Assembly: GCF_042663885.1 (NCBI RefSeq)
Contig: NZ_JBHSXV010000001.1
DNA length: 32,000 nucleotides
Source of the DNA: Aquipuribacter hungaricus
GTDB taxonomy: Bacteria > Actinomycetota > Actinomycetes > Actinomycetales > JBBAYJ01
Strand: one strand, 5' to 3'
The translations under genes were made by a program, and so were the position numbers. The notes under the pieces were generated by a model. It saw nothing but the letters and a program-made list of their open reading frames with translations. It ran no database searches and was not told where the DNA came from. Positions 23,733 to 30,688 of this stretch are shown piece by piece; position 1 is the stretch's first letter, and each line of letters begins with the position of its first letter.

Positions 23733-24494
23733 ATGGCGGTCGACGTGCCCGGCGACGCCCTGGCGGCGCTGCTCCTGGGCTCCCTGCGCGTGGTCGGCTG
23801 GCTGCTCGTGGCCCCGCCGTTCTCCGGCCGCGCCGTCCCCGCGCCGGCCAAGGCGCTGCTGTCGGTGGCGCTCGCGCTGCCGCTGCTGCCCACGCTGCGC
23901 GAGGACCTGCCCCCCATGGAGCTCGGCCCCTTCCTCGGGGCCGCGGTCGTCCAGCTGCTCGTCGGGCTCTCGCTCGGCTTCCTCTGCTTCCTGCTGTTCG
24001 CGGCCTTCCGGACCGCCGGCGACATCATCGACACCGTCGGCGGCTTCGCGCTGGCCTCGGCGTTCGACCCGCTCAACCAGTCGCAGGCCGCCGTCATCGG
24101 CCGCCTGCAGGGGCTGCTCGCCTCCACCCTGCTGCTGGTCAGCGACGGCTGGCTCGTCGTGTGGCACGGCTTCTTCCGCAGCTACGAGGTGCTGCCGCTG
24201 GGCGCGCCGTTCGACACCGCCGTCGTCGCCTCCGCGGTCACCGACGCGATCGCGACGATGATGCTGTCCGCCGTGCAGATCGCGGCGCCCATGATCGCCG
24301 TGCTGTTCGTCGCCGACGTCGGCCTGGGCCTGGCCACCCGCGTGGCGCCCGCCCTCAACGCCTTCGCCCTGGCGTTCCCGCTGAAGATCCTGCTCACGCT
24401 CACCCTGGTCGGGTACACGTTCGTCGCGCTGCCCGACCTCGTCGCCGGCAGCGCCGAGCGGATCGGCGCCACGCTGGTCCAGGTGGCCGGCTGA
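23733..24494 (+). CDS. fliR: Flagellar export-gate protein FliR
   Basis: In-frame part of track ORF 23634..24494, from ATG 23733. The polytopic sequence ...LLGSLRVVGWLLVAPPFSGRAVPAPAKALLSVALAL...AGDIIDTVGGFALASAFDP...LAFPLKILLTL resembles FliR. Confidence 0.9.
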   Translation: MAVDVPGDALAALLLGSLRVVGWLLVAPPFSGRAVPAPAKALLSVALALPLLPTLREDLPPMELGPFLGAAVVQLLVGLSLGFLCFLLFAAFRTAGDIIDTVGGFALASAFDPLNQSQAAVIGRLQGLLASTLLLVSDGWLVVWHGFFRSYEVLPLGAPFDTAVVASAVTDAIATMMLSAVQIAAPMIAVLFVADVGLGLATRVAPALNAFALAFPLKILLTLTLVGYTFVALPDLVAGSAERIGATLVQVAG

Positions 24495-25684
24495 TGTCGG
24501 GCGGAGGTGACGCGGGGGAGAAGACCGAGGCCCCGAGCGCGCGCAAGCTCAAGGAGGCCAAGGACCAGGGCCAGATCCCGCACACGCAGGACCTGTCCAG
24601 CTGGGCGGCGATCGCCGCGATGGCCGTGACCGCCCCGGCAGTCGTCCACGCCGGCCACGAGCGCCTCGTCGGCTCCCTGCTGCGCATCGACCAGGTCGTC
24701 GCCGACCCCGAGCCCGCCGTGGCCATCGACGTCCTCGTCGACTCCGTCGCCGCGAGCATGCTCGTCCTGGTCCCCATGGTCGCCGCCGCGCTGCTGGCCT
24801 CCGTCGCGGCGTTCGCCGTGCAGGGCGGCATCCACTTCGCCTGGCCCAAGCTCAAGCCGGACCCCAAGCGGCTCAACCCGTACTCGGGGCTCAAGCGGAT
24901 CCTCGGCCCCATGACGTGGTGGGAGGCGGCGAAGACCACCATCAAGGCCGCCGCTCTCGTCCTGGTCACCTGGTTCGCCGTGAGCGCGATGATGCCCTCG
25001 CTCATGGGCGCCGGGGCGATGACGCTGGGCTCGACGGTCGACACCATGCAGGGCGCGCTGCGGACGCTGGTGCAGACCGCCGTCCTGGTCGGCGTCGTCA
25101 TGGCCGCTGCGGACTTCGTCGTGCAGAAGCGCAAGTCGCTCAAGGACCTCCGGATGACCAAGGAGGAGGTCAAGCAGGAGAACAAGAGCACCGAGGGCAA
25201 CCCGCTCATCAAGCAGGCCGTGCGCTCCAAGCAGATGCAGGTCAGCCGCAACCGCATGATGTCCGCGGTCGCCCAGGCCGACGTCGTCGTCGTCAACCCG
25301 ACCCACTACGCCGTCGCGCTGCGCTACGAGCCCGGCGCCGGCCCGCCCCAGGTGCTGGCCAGCGGCGTGGACGGCGTCGCCGCCCGGATCCGCGAGCGAG
25401 CCGCCGAGCACCGCGTCCCGATGGTCGAGGACGTCCCCCTGGCCCGCGCCCTCCACGCGGCGTGCGAGGTCGGCGACGAGATCCCCGGCGAGCTGTTCGA
25501 GGCCGTCGCGCACGTCCTGGCCTTCGTCATGTCGCTGCGCGCCAAGGGCAGCGCCGCCGGCGTCCACAGCGACGCCCGCCGCCGCGGCGCCACCCCCGAC
25601 GGGGCGGAGCTACGGAGGCAGCGGACGAAGCGCCGCCGTCGCCGGCCCGCCGCGGCCGCCCCCGGGGCGCCGACCCCGGCCTGA
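24494..25684 (+). CDS. flhB: Flagellar export switch protein FlhB (396 aa) with a basic C-terminal tail
   Basis: In-frame part of track ORF 24161..25684, from ATG 24494. GEKTEAPSARKLKEAKDQGQIPHTQDL matches the N-terminus. ...KMTKEEVKQENKSTEGNPLIKQAVRSKQ...ADVVVVNPTHYAVALRY contains the NPTH autocleavage site. The tail is RRQRTKRRRRRP. Confidence 0.95.
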   Translation: MSGGGDAGEKTEAPSARKLKEAKDQGQIPHTQDLSSWAAIAAMAVTAPAVVHAGHERLVGSLLRIDQVVADPEPAVAIDVLVDSVAASMLVLVPMVAAALLASVAAFAVQGGIHFAWPKLKPDPKRLNPYSGLKRILGPMTWWEAAKTTIKAAALVLVTWFAVSAMMPSLMGAGAMTLGSTVDTMQGALRTLVQTAVLVGVVMAAADFVVQKRKSLKDLRMTKEEVKQENKSTEGNPLIKQAVRSKQMQVSRNRMMSAVAQADVVVVNPTHYAVALRYEPGAGPPQVLASGVDGVAARIRERAAEHRVPMVEDVPLARALHAACEVGDEIPGELFEAVAHVLAFVMSLRAKGSAAGVHSDARRRGATPDGAELRRQRTKRRRRRPAAAAPGAPTPA

Positions 25685-25686
25685 CC

Positions 25687-25729
25687 GGTCCCGGCCGGGC
25701 CGGACCCCTGAGCGGGTCGCGCCGGGACC
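25687..25729 (+). terminator. Two-tier stem-loop downstream of flhB (outer 9-bp GGTCCCGGC/GCCGGGACC; inner GACCC/GGGTC)
   Basis: 25687..25695 pairs with 25721..25729, and 25703..25707 pairs with 25714..25718. It starts 3 nt after the flhB stop. Confidence 0.3.
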
Positions 25730-25757
25730 ACCCGGACGGCCCATCCGGCGCGGGCGC

Positions 25758-25785
25758 TCAACCTTTCGGGCGGACCTGCCGAGAG
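25758..25785 (+). promoter_or_regulatory. Candidate sigma-28-like promoter for flhA and downstream genes: TCAA-N16-GCCGAGAG
   Basis: gcTCAAcctttcgggcggacctGCCGAGAG, located in the 174-nt flhB-flhA gap. Confidence 0.3.
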
Positions 25786-25813
25786 AGCAGGAGCCAGGAC
25801 GGCGACAGCACGG

Positions 25814-25820
25814 CCACGGA
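25814..25820 (+). promoter_or_regulatory. CCACGGA copy in the flhA leader
   Basis: cggCCACGGAccgg. The 10-mer cggccacgga is identical to the fliC leader at 2752..2761. Confidence 0.2.
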
Positions 25821-25858
25821 CCGGCCGGTACGGGAACCACCCCTCGGAAGAGAGTCGT

Positions 25859-27901
25859 GTGAAGTCGTCGGAGATCGGTCGCTACGCGGTGCCCCTGGGC
25901 GTCGTCGGCATCGTCATGCTGCTCGTCGTCCCGCTGCCCGCGGTGATGCTCGACGGCCTCATCGTCCTCAACATCGCGCTGAGCCTGCTCGTCCTGCTCA
26001 CCGCCATGTACGTGGCCCGCCCGCTGGACTTCTCCATCTTCCCGGCGCTGCTGCTGGTCCTCACCCTGTACCGGCTCGGGCTCAACGTGGCCTCGACCCG
26101 CCTCGTGCTGCTGGACGGCTACGCCGGCGAGGTCATCCACGCCTTCGGCGAGTTCGTCATCGGCGGCTCGCTCATCGTCGGCCTCGTCATCTTCCTGCTG
26201 CTCGTCGTCATCCAGTTCGCCGTCATCACCAGCGGCGCGACCCGCGTCGCCGAGGTCGGCGCCCGGTTCACCCTGGACGCGATGCCCGGCAAGCAGATGG
26301 CCATCGACGCCGACCTCAACTCCGGCCTCATCGACGAGGACACCGCCCGCCAGCGCCGCGCCGACGTCGCCGCCGAGGCCGACTTCTACGGCGCGATGGA
26401 CGGGGCGTCGAAGTTCGTCAAGGGCGACGCGGTCGCGGCGATCATCATCACCGTCATCAACCTCGTCGGCGGGTTCGGCATCGGCGTCGCGCAGCGCGGC
26501 CTGCCCTGGTCGGAGGCTCTGGAGACCTACTCCCTGCTGACGATCGGCGACGGCCTGGTCTCGCAGATCCCCGCCCTGCTCATGTCGGTCGCGACCGGCC
26601 TCATCGTCACCCGCTCGACCACCGACGGGGACCTGGGCCAGGACGCGGCCGTCCAGCTGTTCCGCAACACCCGCGCGCTGGCGATCGGCGGCGGCGCGAT
26701 GATCGCGATCGCGATCGTGCCGGGCATGCCCAAGCTGCCCTTCGTCGTCGTGGGCGTCGTGCTCCTCGTGCTCGCCAGCCGTGCCCGCGGGGCCGGTTCC
26801 GGCACCGACGAGGTCGACGCGGACGCGCCGGCGCTGCCCGCCTCCGACCCCACCGAGATGCTCGTGCAGGAGATGTCCGTCGACCCGCTCGAGGTCGTCC
26901 TCGCCACCGACCTCGTCGACCTCGTCGACACCGGCGCCGGCGGCGACCTGCTCGACCGGGTCCGCGCCCTGCGCCGCAAGGTCGCCCTCGAGGTCGGCCT
27001 CGTGCTGCCGCCCGTGCGCACGCGCGACTCGCTCGAGCTCGGGCCGGGCCAGTACCAGGTGCTCGTGTCCGGCGTGGAGGTCGGCCGCGGCCAGGCCCCC
27101 GCCGGCAAGGTGCTCGCCCTCGGCGACCACCTGGAGACCCTGCCCGGCGCCACCACCGTCGAGCCCGTCTTCGGCCTGCAGGGCAAGTGGCTGCCGGTCG
27201 AGATGCGCCACCAGGCCGAGATGACCGGCGCGACCGTCGTCGACCGCGGCTCGGTGCTCATCACCCACCTCGGCGAGGTCGTCCGCGCCCACGCCTCCCG
27301 GCTGCTGTCCCGCGAGGACGTCAAGGCGCTCGTGGAGTCGGTGCGCCGGGTCCACCCCGTCGTCGTGGAGGAGCTCGTGCCCTCGCAGCTGTCGCTCGGG
27401 GAGGTGCAGCGCGTCCTGCGCGGCCTGCTCGACGAGCGGGTGCCGGTCCGCGACCTGGTCCGCATCTTCGAGGCGCTGAGCCTGCGGGCCCGGACCTCGA
27501 CCGACGTCGACGGCCTCGTCGAGGCGGCCCGCGCCGGCCTCGGCCCCGCGGTCGCCGACGCCTTCTCCCGCGACGGCGTGCTCCGCGTGGTCACCCTCGA
27601 CCCGCTCATGGAGCACGAGATGGCCGAGCACGTCCGCCCCACCGAGGACGGCCCGACCGTCCAGCTCGACCCCGGCCGCACCGAGGCCTTCCTCGACGCG
27701 CTCGCCGGCTGCATGACCCGGGCGGACGCCCTCGGCGTGGACTACGTGCTCGTCTGCGCGCCGGGCCTCCGCTCTGCACTCCACCGCCTGGTCGGCGCCG
27801 CCGCGCCCGCCCTCGCGGTGCTCTCGTACACCGAGGCCGGCCAGGCGCCCCGGGTGGAAGCGATCGGGACGGTGAGCCATGCCTCGGCAGTTGCATCTTG
27901 A
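25859..27901 (+). CDS. flhA: Flagellar export-gate protein FlhA (680 aa)
   Basis: ...FPALLLVLTLYRLGLNVASTRLVLL...FGEFVIGGSLIVGLVIFLLLVVIQFAVITSGATRVAEVGARFTLDAMPGKQMAIDADLNSGLIDE...FYGAMDGASKFVKGDAVAAIIIT... is the FlhA signature. GGAAGAGAG lies upstream of GTG 25859. Confidence 0.96.
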   Translation: MKSSEIGRYAVPLGVVGIVMLLVVPLPAVMLDGLIVLNIALSLLVLLTAMYVARPLDFSIFPALLLVLTLYRLGLNVASTRLVLLDGYAGEVIHAFGEFVIGGSLIVGLVIFLLLVVIQFAVITSGATRVAEVGARFTLDAMPGKQMAIDADLNSGLIDEDTARQRRADVAAEADFYGAMDGASKFVKGDAVAAIIITVINLVGGFGIGVAQRGLPWSEALETYSLLTIGDGLVSQIPALLMSVATGLIVTRSTTDGDLGQDAAVQLFRNTRALAIGGGAMIAIAIVPGMPKLPFVVVGVVLLVLASRARGAGSGTDEVDADAPALPASDPTEMLVQEMSVDPLEVVLATDLVDLVDTGAGGDLLDRVRALRRKVALEVGLVLPPVRTRDSLELGPGQYQVLVSGVEVGRGQAPAGKVLALGDHLETLPGATTVEPVFGLQGKWLPVEMRHQAEMTGATVVDRGSVLITHLGEVVRAHASRLLSREDVKALVESVRRVHPVVVEELVPSQLSLGEVQRVLRGLLDERVPVRDLVRIFEALSLRARTSTDVDGLVEAARAGLGPAVADAFSRDGVLRVVTLDPLMEHEMAEHVRPTEDGPTVQLDPGRTEAFLDALAGCMTRADALGVDYVLVCAPGLRSALHRLVGAAAPALAVLSYTEAGQAPRVEAIGTVSHASAVAS

Positions 27902-29966
27902 GGGTCGGGCCCTGGAGCCCCTGCTGGAGCAGGCCAGGGCCGACCACGGCAGCGACGTCCGCGTCGTCGCCGCCCACCGCGTCCGCCGCGGCGGCATCGC
28001 CGGGTTCTTCGCCCGCGAGCACTACGAGGTGACCGTCGAGGTGGCCGACCCGACCGAGGCGCTCGCCCCGGCCGTCGGTGACGTGCCCGCGGTCCGTGCC
28101 GTCGCTGCGGTCGCGGCCCCGGCTGCTGCGCCTGTCGCACCCGTCGCGTCCGGCGTGGCGCCGGCTCCTGCCGGTCCGCAGACGCTCGAGGAGCTGCTGG
28201 CCGCGGCCGACCTGGCCGACGGCGTGGCGTCCGCGCCCGTCCTGGCGCCCGTCCTGGCGCCCGTCCTGGCGGTCGCCGGCCGGGCCCCAGCCCCGGTCGC
28301 TGCCCCGGCGGCCAGCGCTACGGCTGGTGCCTCGGCGTCGCGTGCCCCGCGGCCCGCTCCCGCCGGCCCGTCCGCTCCCGTCCCCGCTGCGGCCGCCCCT
28401 GCTGCTGCGGCCCGTACCGCTCCGGCGGCTCCCGCTGCTGCGGCCGCTCCTGCTGCTGCGTCCGCCGGCCGGTCCGCGGGCGGACCTGGCGCTCCCGGCC
28501 CCCGCGCCAAGGGCCGCCCGGTGTCCACGGAGACCCGCGGGTTCGAGGAGGTCCTCGCCGCGCTGCGGGCCGACCTGCTCGGCCCCGGCTCCGGGGACGC
28601 CCCCGACACCCGCCCCGCGCCGCAGGACGAGCGGCCCGCGGTCGTCGACCTGTCCGGCCTCCTCGAGGTCGTCGACGGGGTCGACCTGGCCGAGGTGGGC
28701 CTGCGCGCCGACGCGGCCCGCCTCGCCGACAGCGTCGCCGCGGTCCCGCGCGCCGCCCGGGTCGTCGCCCGCACCGCGTCGGTCCCGGCTGCCCGCGCCT
28801 GGCGTCCTGCCACCGTCCTGCCCGACCCCGAGCCGGCCCCCGCGGCGGCCCCGTCCGACGGGCCGGAGGCTGTCGACGAGCTCGCGGTCGCTGAGGCGGT
28901 GCTCGTCGAGCAGGCCGAGGTGCTGTCCGCCCACGGGGCCACCACCGCGCTGCCGGTCGAGGCCCTCTCCGTCGACGACCCGTCCGTCGAGACCATGTCC
29001 GTCGACGGCCTGTCCGTCGAGGGGCTGTCGGTCGACGCACCCGTCGGCACCCCCGCCGAGGCACCCGCAGCGGCACCGGTCGCCCCGCCCGGCACCCAGC
29101 CGGCAGCCGCCCCCGGCCTCGACGTCGTCGAGCTGGTCGGCCTCGCGCGGGCCGTCGGCGCCGACCGTGCCCGGGCGACCGCCGCGGCGGCCGAGGTCCT
29201 CGCCTCCGGCGTCACCACGCTGCGCCACGGCCTGCCCGTGCTGGCCGACGCCCTCACCGCCACCCTGACCGGCAGCACCGGGACCGGCCCCGGCCCCGCG
29301 ACGGGCCCCGCCGACCCTGCCGGCACCACCGACCCGGCCGACCCGGCCGACCCGGCCGACCCGGCCGACCCGGCCGACCCGGTCACCGCAGCGGAGACCT
29401 CGGCCGTGCCGGCGCTGCTGTCTGCCCGGGCCGGCGACGTCGTCGTCGTCCTCGGGGCGCCCCACCGCGCCCGCCCTTGCGCCGCCGACGTGGCCGCCGC
29501 CCTCGGCACCACGTGGCTGGCCGGCTGGAGCGACGAGCCCGGCCCGCTGGACGACATGACCGTCCGCGACCCCCGCGCGCTCCCTGGCCTCACCGCCCGG
29601 GCCCGCGCGGCCGGCCAGCCCGTCGTCCTCGCCCTGCCCGACCCGAGCCTCGCCGACGGGGTCGCCGCCGGCCAGGCCGGCGCCGGACGGACGTCCCTGC
29701 TCCGCTCGCTCGACCCCGACCTCGTCGTCCTCGTGGTGGACGCCGACGCCTCCCCGCGCCGCCAGCACGACGTCACCGCCCGGGTCGACCAGGTGGTCCG
29801 GGGCGTCCAGCGCTCGCTCGTCCTCGCGCTGGTCGGCTGCGACCAGGCCGCCGCGCCCGCGGCCCACACCGCCTGGCCCGTCGCCATGCTCGACGGCCGC
29901 CCCGCGACGGCCGGCACGTGGACCGGCGTCCTGCTCGACGCGCTGCGCGCCGAGGCGTCCCGGTGA
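27879..29966 (+). CDS. FlhF-position protein (695 aa): FlhF-like N-terminus, a long Ala/Pro-rich repeat-bearing linker, and a C-terminal domain colinear with an SRP-type GTPase but lacking the G1/G3/G4 motifs
   Basis: The ATG overlaps the flhA end by 23 nt. The N-terminus MPRQLHLEGRALEPLLEQARADHGSDVRVVAAHRVRRGGIAGFFAREHYEVTVEV resembles the FlhF B-domain start. In the C-terminal domain, GDVVVVLGAPHRARPCAADVAAAL stands where FlhF has the GPTGVGKTT region, PVVLALPDPS where it has the LIDTAGR region, and LVLALVGCDQAA where it has the ILTKLDE region. GC3 is near saturation in this frame. Confidence 0.6.
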   Translation: MPRQLHLEGRALEPLLEQARADHGSDVRVVAAHRVRRGGIAGFFAREHYEVTVEVADPTEALAPAVGDVPAVRAVAAVAAPAAAPVAPVASGVAPAPAGPQTLEELLAAADLADGVASAPVLAPVLAPVLAVAGRAPAPVAAPAASATAGASASRAPRPAPAGPSAPVPAAAAPAAAARTAPAAPAAAAAPAAASAGRSAGGPGAPGPRAKGRPVSTETRGFEEVLAALRADLLGPGSGDAPDTRPAPQDERPAVVDLSGLLEVVDGVDLAEVGLRADAARLADSVAAVPRAARVVARTASVPAARAWRPATVLPDPEPAPAAAPSDGPEAVDELAVAEAVLVEQAEVLSAHGATTALPVEALSVDDPSVETMSVDGLSVEGLSVDAPVGTPAEAPAAAPVAPPGTQPAAAPGLDVVELVGLARAVGADRARATAAAAEVLASGVTTLRHGLPVLADALTATLTGSTGTGPGPATGPADPAGTTDPADPADPADPADPADPVTAAETSAVPALLSARAGDVVVVLGAPHRARPCAADVAAALGTTWLAGWSDEPGPLDDMTVRDPRALPGLTARARAAGQPVVLALPDPSLADGVAAGQAGAGRTSLLRSLDPDLVVLVVDADASPRRQHDVTARVDQVVRGVQRSLVLALVGCDQAAAPAAHTAWPVAMLDGRPATAGTWTGVLLDALRAEASR
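28233..28268 (+). repeat. 3 x 12-bp perfect in-frame tandem repeat (GCGCCCGTCCTG) encoding (APVL)3 in the FlhF-like gene
   Basis: Copies at 28233..28244, 28245..28256 and 28257..28268. Confidence 0.95.
28965..29039 (+). repeat. 5 x 15-bp degenerate in-frame tandem repeat encoding x-S-V-(D/E)-x pentapeptides (LSVDD PSVET MSVDG LSVEG LSVDA)
   Basis: The core TCCGTCGA recurs at 28968, 28983, 28998 and 29013, and as TCGGTCGA at 29028, so the period is exactly 15 nt. Confidence 0.85.
29331..29384 (+). repeat. 5 perfect copies plus 1 variant of a 9-bp in-frame tandem repeat (GACCCGGCC) encoding (DPA)n in the FlhF-like gene
   Basis: Copies start at 29331, 29340, 29349, 29358 and 29367; the variant GACCCGGTC is at 29376. 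Confidence 0.95.
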
Positions 29967-30688
29967 GCGCCCGCACCGTCGGCGCGGCCGTCACGCTGCC
30001 CCGGCTCAACACCCCCGTCCTGGTCTCCGTCCCCGGCCTCGGGCACGACCTGCCCAGCCGCGTGGAAGACCTGCGCGGTGGCTACGTCCTCGTCTCCGCG
30101 GTCACCCCCGGCCGCACGGCCCGGGTCGCTGACGGCGAGCTGCTCACGCTGGCCTGGGCGGCGCCGCCGCGCGGCCTGCTGGCGGTCTCCTGCGTGCTCG
30201 AGCAGCAGCAGGGCGGGGCCGTGCCGCTGTGGGTGCTGCGCCCGGTCGGCGTGCTCCGCCGGCTCCAGCGCCGCCGCTTCGCCCGCGCCGACGTCTCCGC
30301 CCGGGTCGGGCTCTCCGGCACCGGCGGCCCCGCCGGCACACCAGGCACCGGCACACCAGGCACACCAGGCCCGGCTGACCAGGCCTCGCCGGCCGGCGGC
30401 TGGTCCGCGTCCGGCGTCCTCGCCGACCTCGGCGAGGGCGGCGCCCGCGTGCTGCTCGACGACGGGCACCGCCTGCCGGTGGGACCGGGGTCGTCGCTGG
30501 TGGTCGACCTGCGCATCGCCGGGGAGCCGCTGGTCACCCTGGCCACCGTCGTCCACGTCGACCCGCCCGGCCCCGGCCGCCAGCAGGTCCGGCTCGAGTT
30601 CGACCTGACGGAGCGCGACGCCGACCGCGTCCGCAGGGCCGTCATGCAGCGCCAGGTCGAGGCGCGCACCGGGGAGGAGAGGTCATGA
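29963..30688 (+). CDS. PilZ-domain protein of the YcgR type (putative c-di-GMP receptor / flagellar brake), 241 aa
   Basis: In-frame part of track ORF 29477..30688, from GTG 29963 (GTGA overlap with the upstream stop). The RxxxR motif lies in LQRRRFAR (30269..30286). A (D/N)xSxxG-like motif, DLGEGG, is at 30425..30442, followed by ARVLLDDGHRLPVGSSLVVDLRI..., which fits a PilZ beta-barrel. The N-terminal roughly 90 aa looks like the YcgR N-domain. Confidence 0.7.
   Translation: MSARTVGAAVTLPRLNTPVLVSVPGLGHDLPSRVEDLRGGYVLVSAVTPGRTARVADGELLTLAWAAPPRGLLAVSCVLEQQQGGAVPLWVLRPVGVLRRLQRRRFARADVSARVGLSGTGGPAGTPGTGTPGTPGPADQASPAGGWSASGVLADLGEGGARVLLDDGHRLPVGPGSSLVVDLRIAGEPLVTLATVVHVDPPGPGRQQVRLEFDLTERDADRVRRAVMQRQVEARTGEERS
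30336..30368 (+). repeat. Three copies of the 9-bp unit GCACACCAG (two of them adjacent) encoding GTPGTGTPGTPG inside the PilZ gene
   Basis: Copies at 30336..30344, 30351..30359 and 30360..30368. Confidence 0.85.

Noticed and set aside
24916-28032. ORF 24916..28032(+) (1038 aa) and ORF 25610..27997(-) (795 aa)
   Set aside because: They are out of frame or antisense to unmistakable flhB and flhA sequences. The products are Arg/Pro/Gly/His-rich with no membrane segments or motifs.
13951-29384. Short tandem repeats (9-15 bp units) considered as possible CRISPR or other arrays
   Set aside because: The units are contiguous with no spacers, lie in frame inside coding sequence, and are far shorter than CRISPR repeats. 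No cas genes are present.
27606-30556. Minus-strand ORFs 27606..29867 (753 aa) and 28022..30556 (844 aa), and plus-strand ORF 28078..29268
   Set aside because: This region is the hardest to call because the FlhF-like linker is low-complexity. I kept the 27879..29966 frame for three reasons: it has the FlhF-like N-terminus, a colinear G-domain remnant, near-saturated GC3, and coupled start and stop codons on both sides. The alternative frames give only Arg/Gly/Pro/Ser runs.
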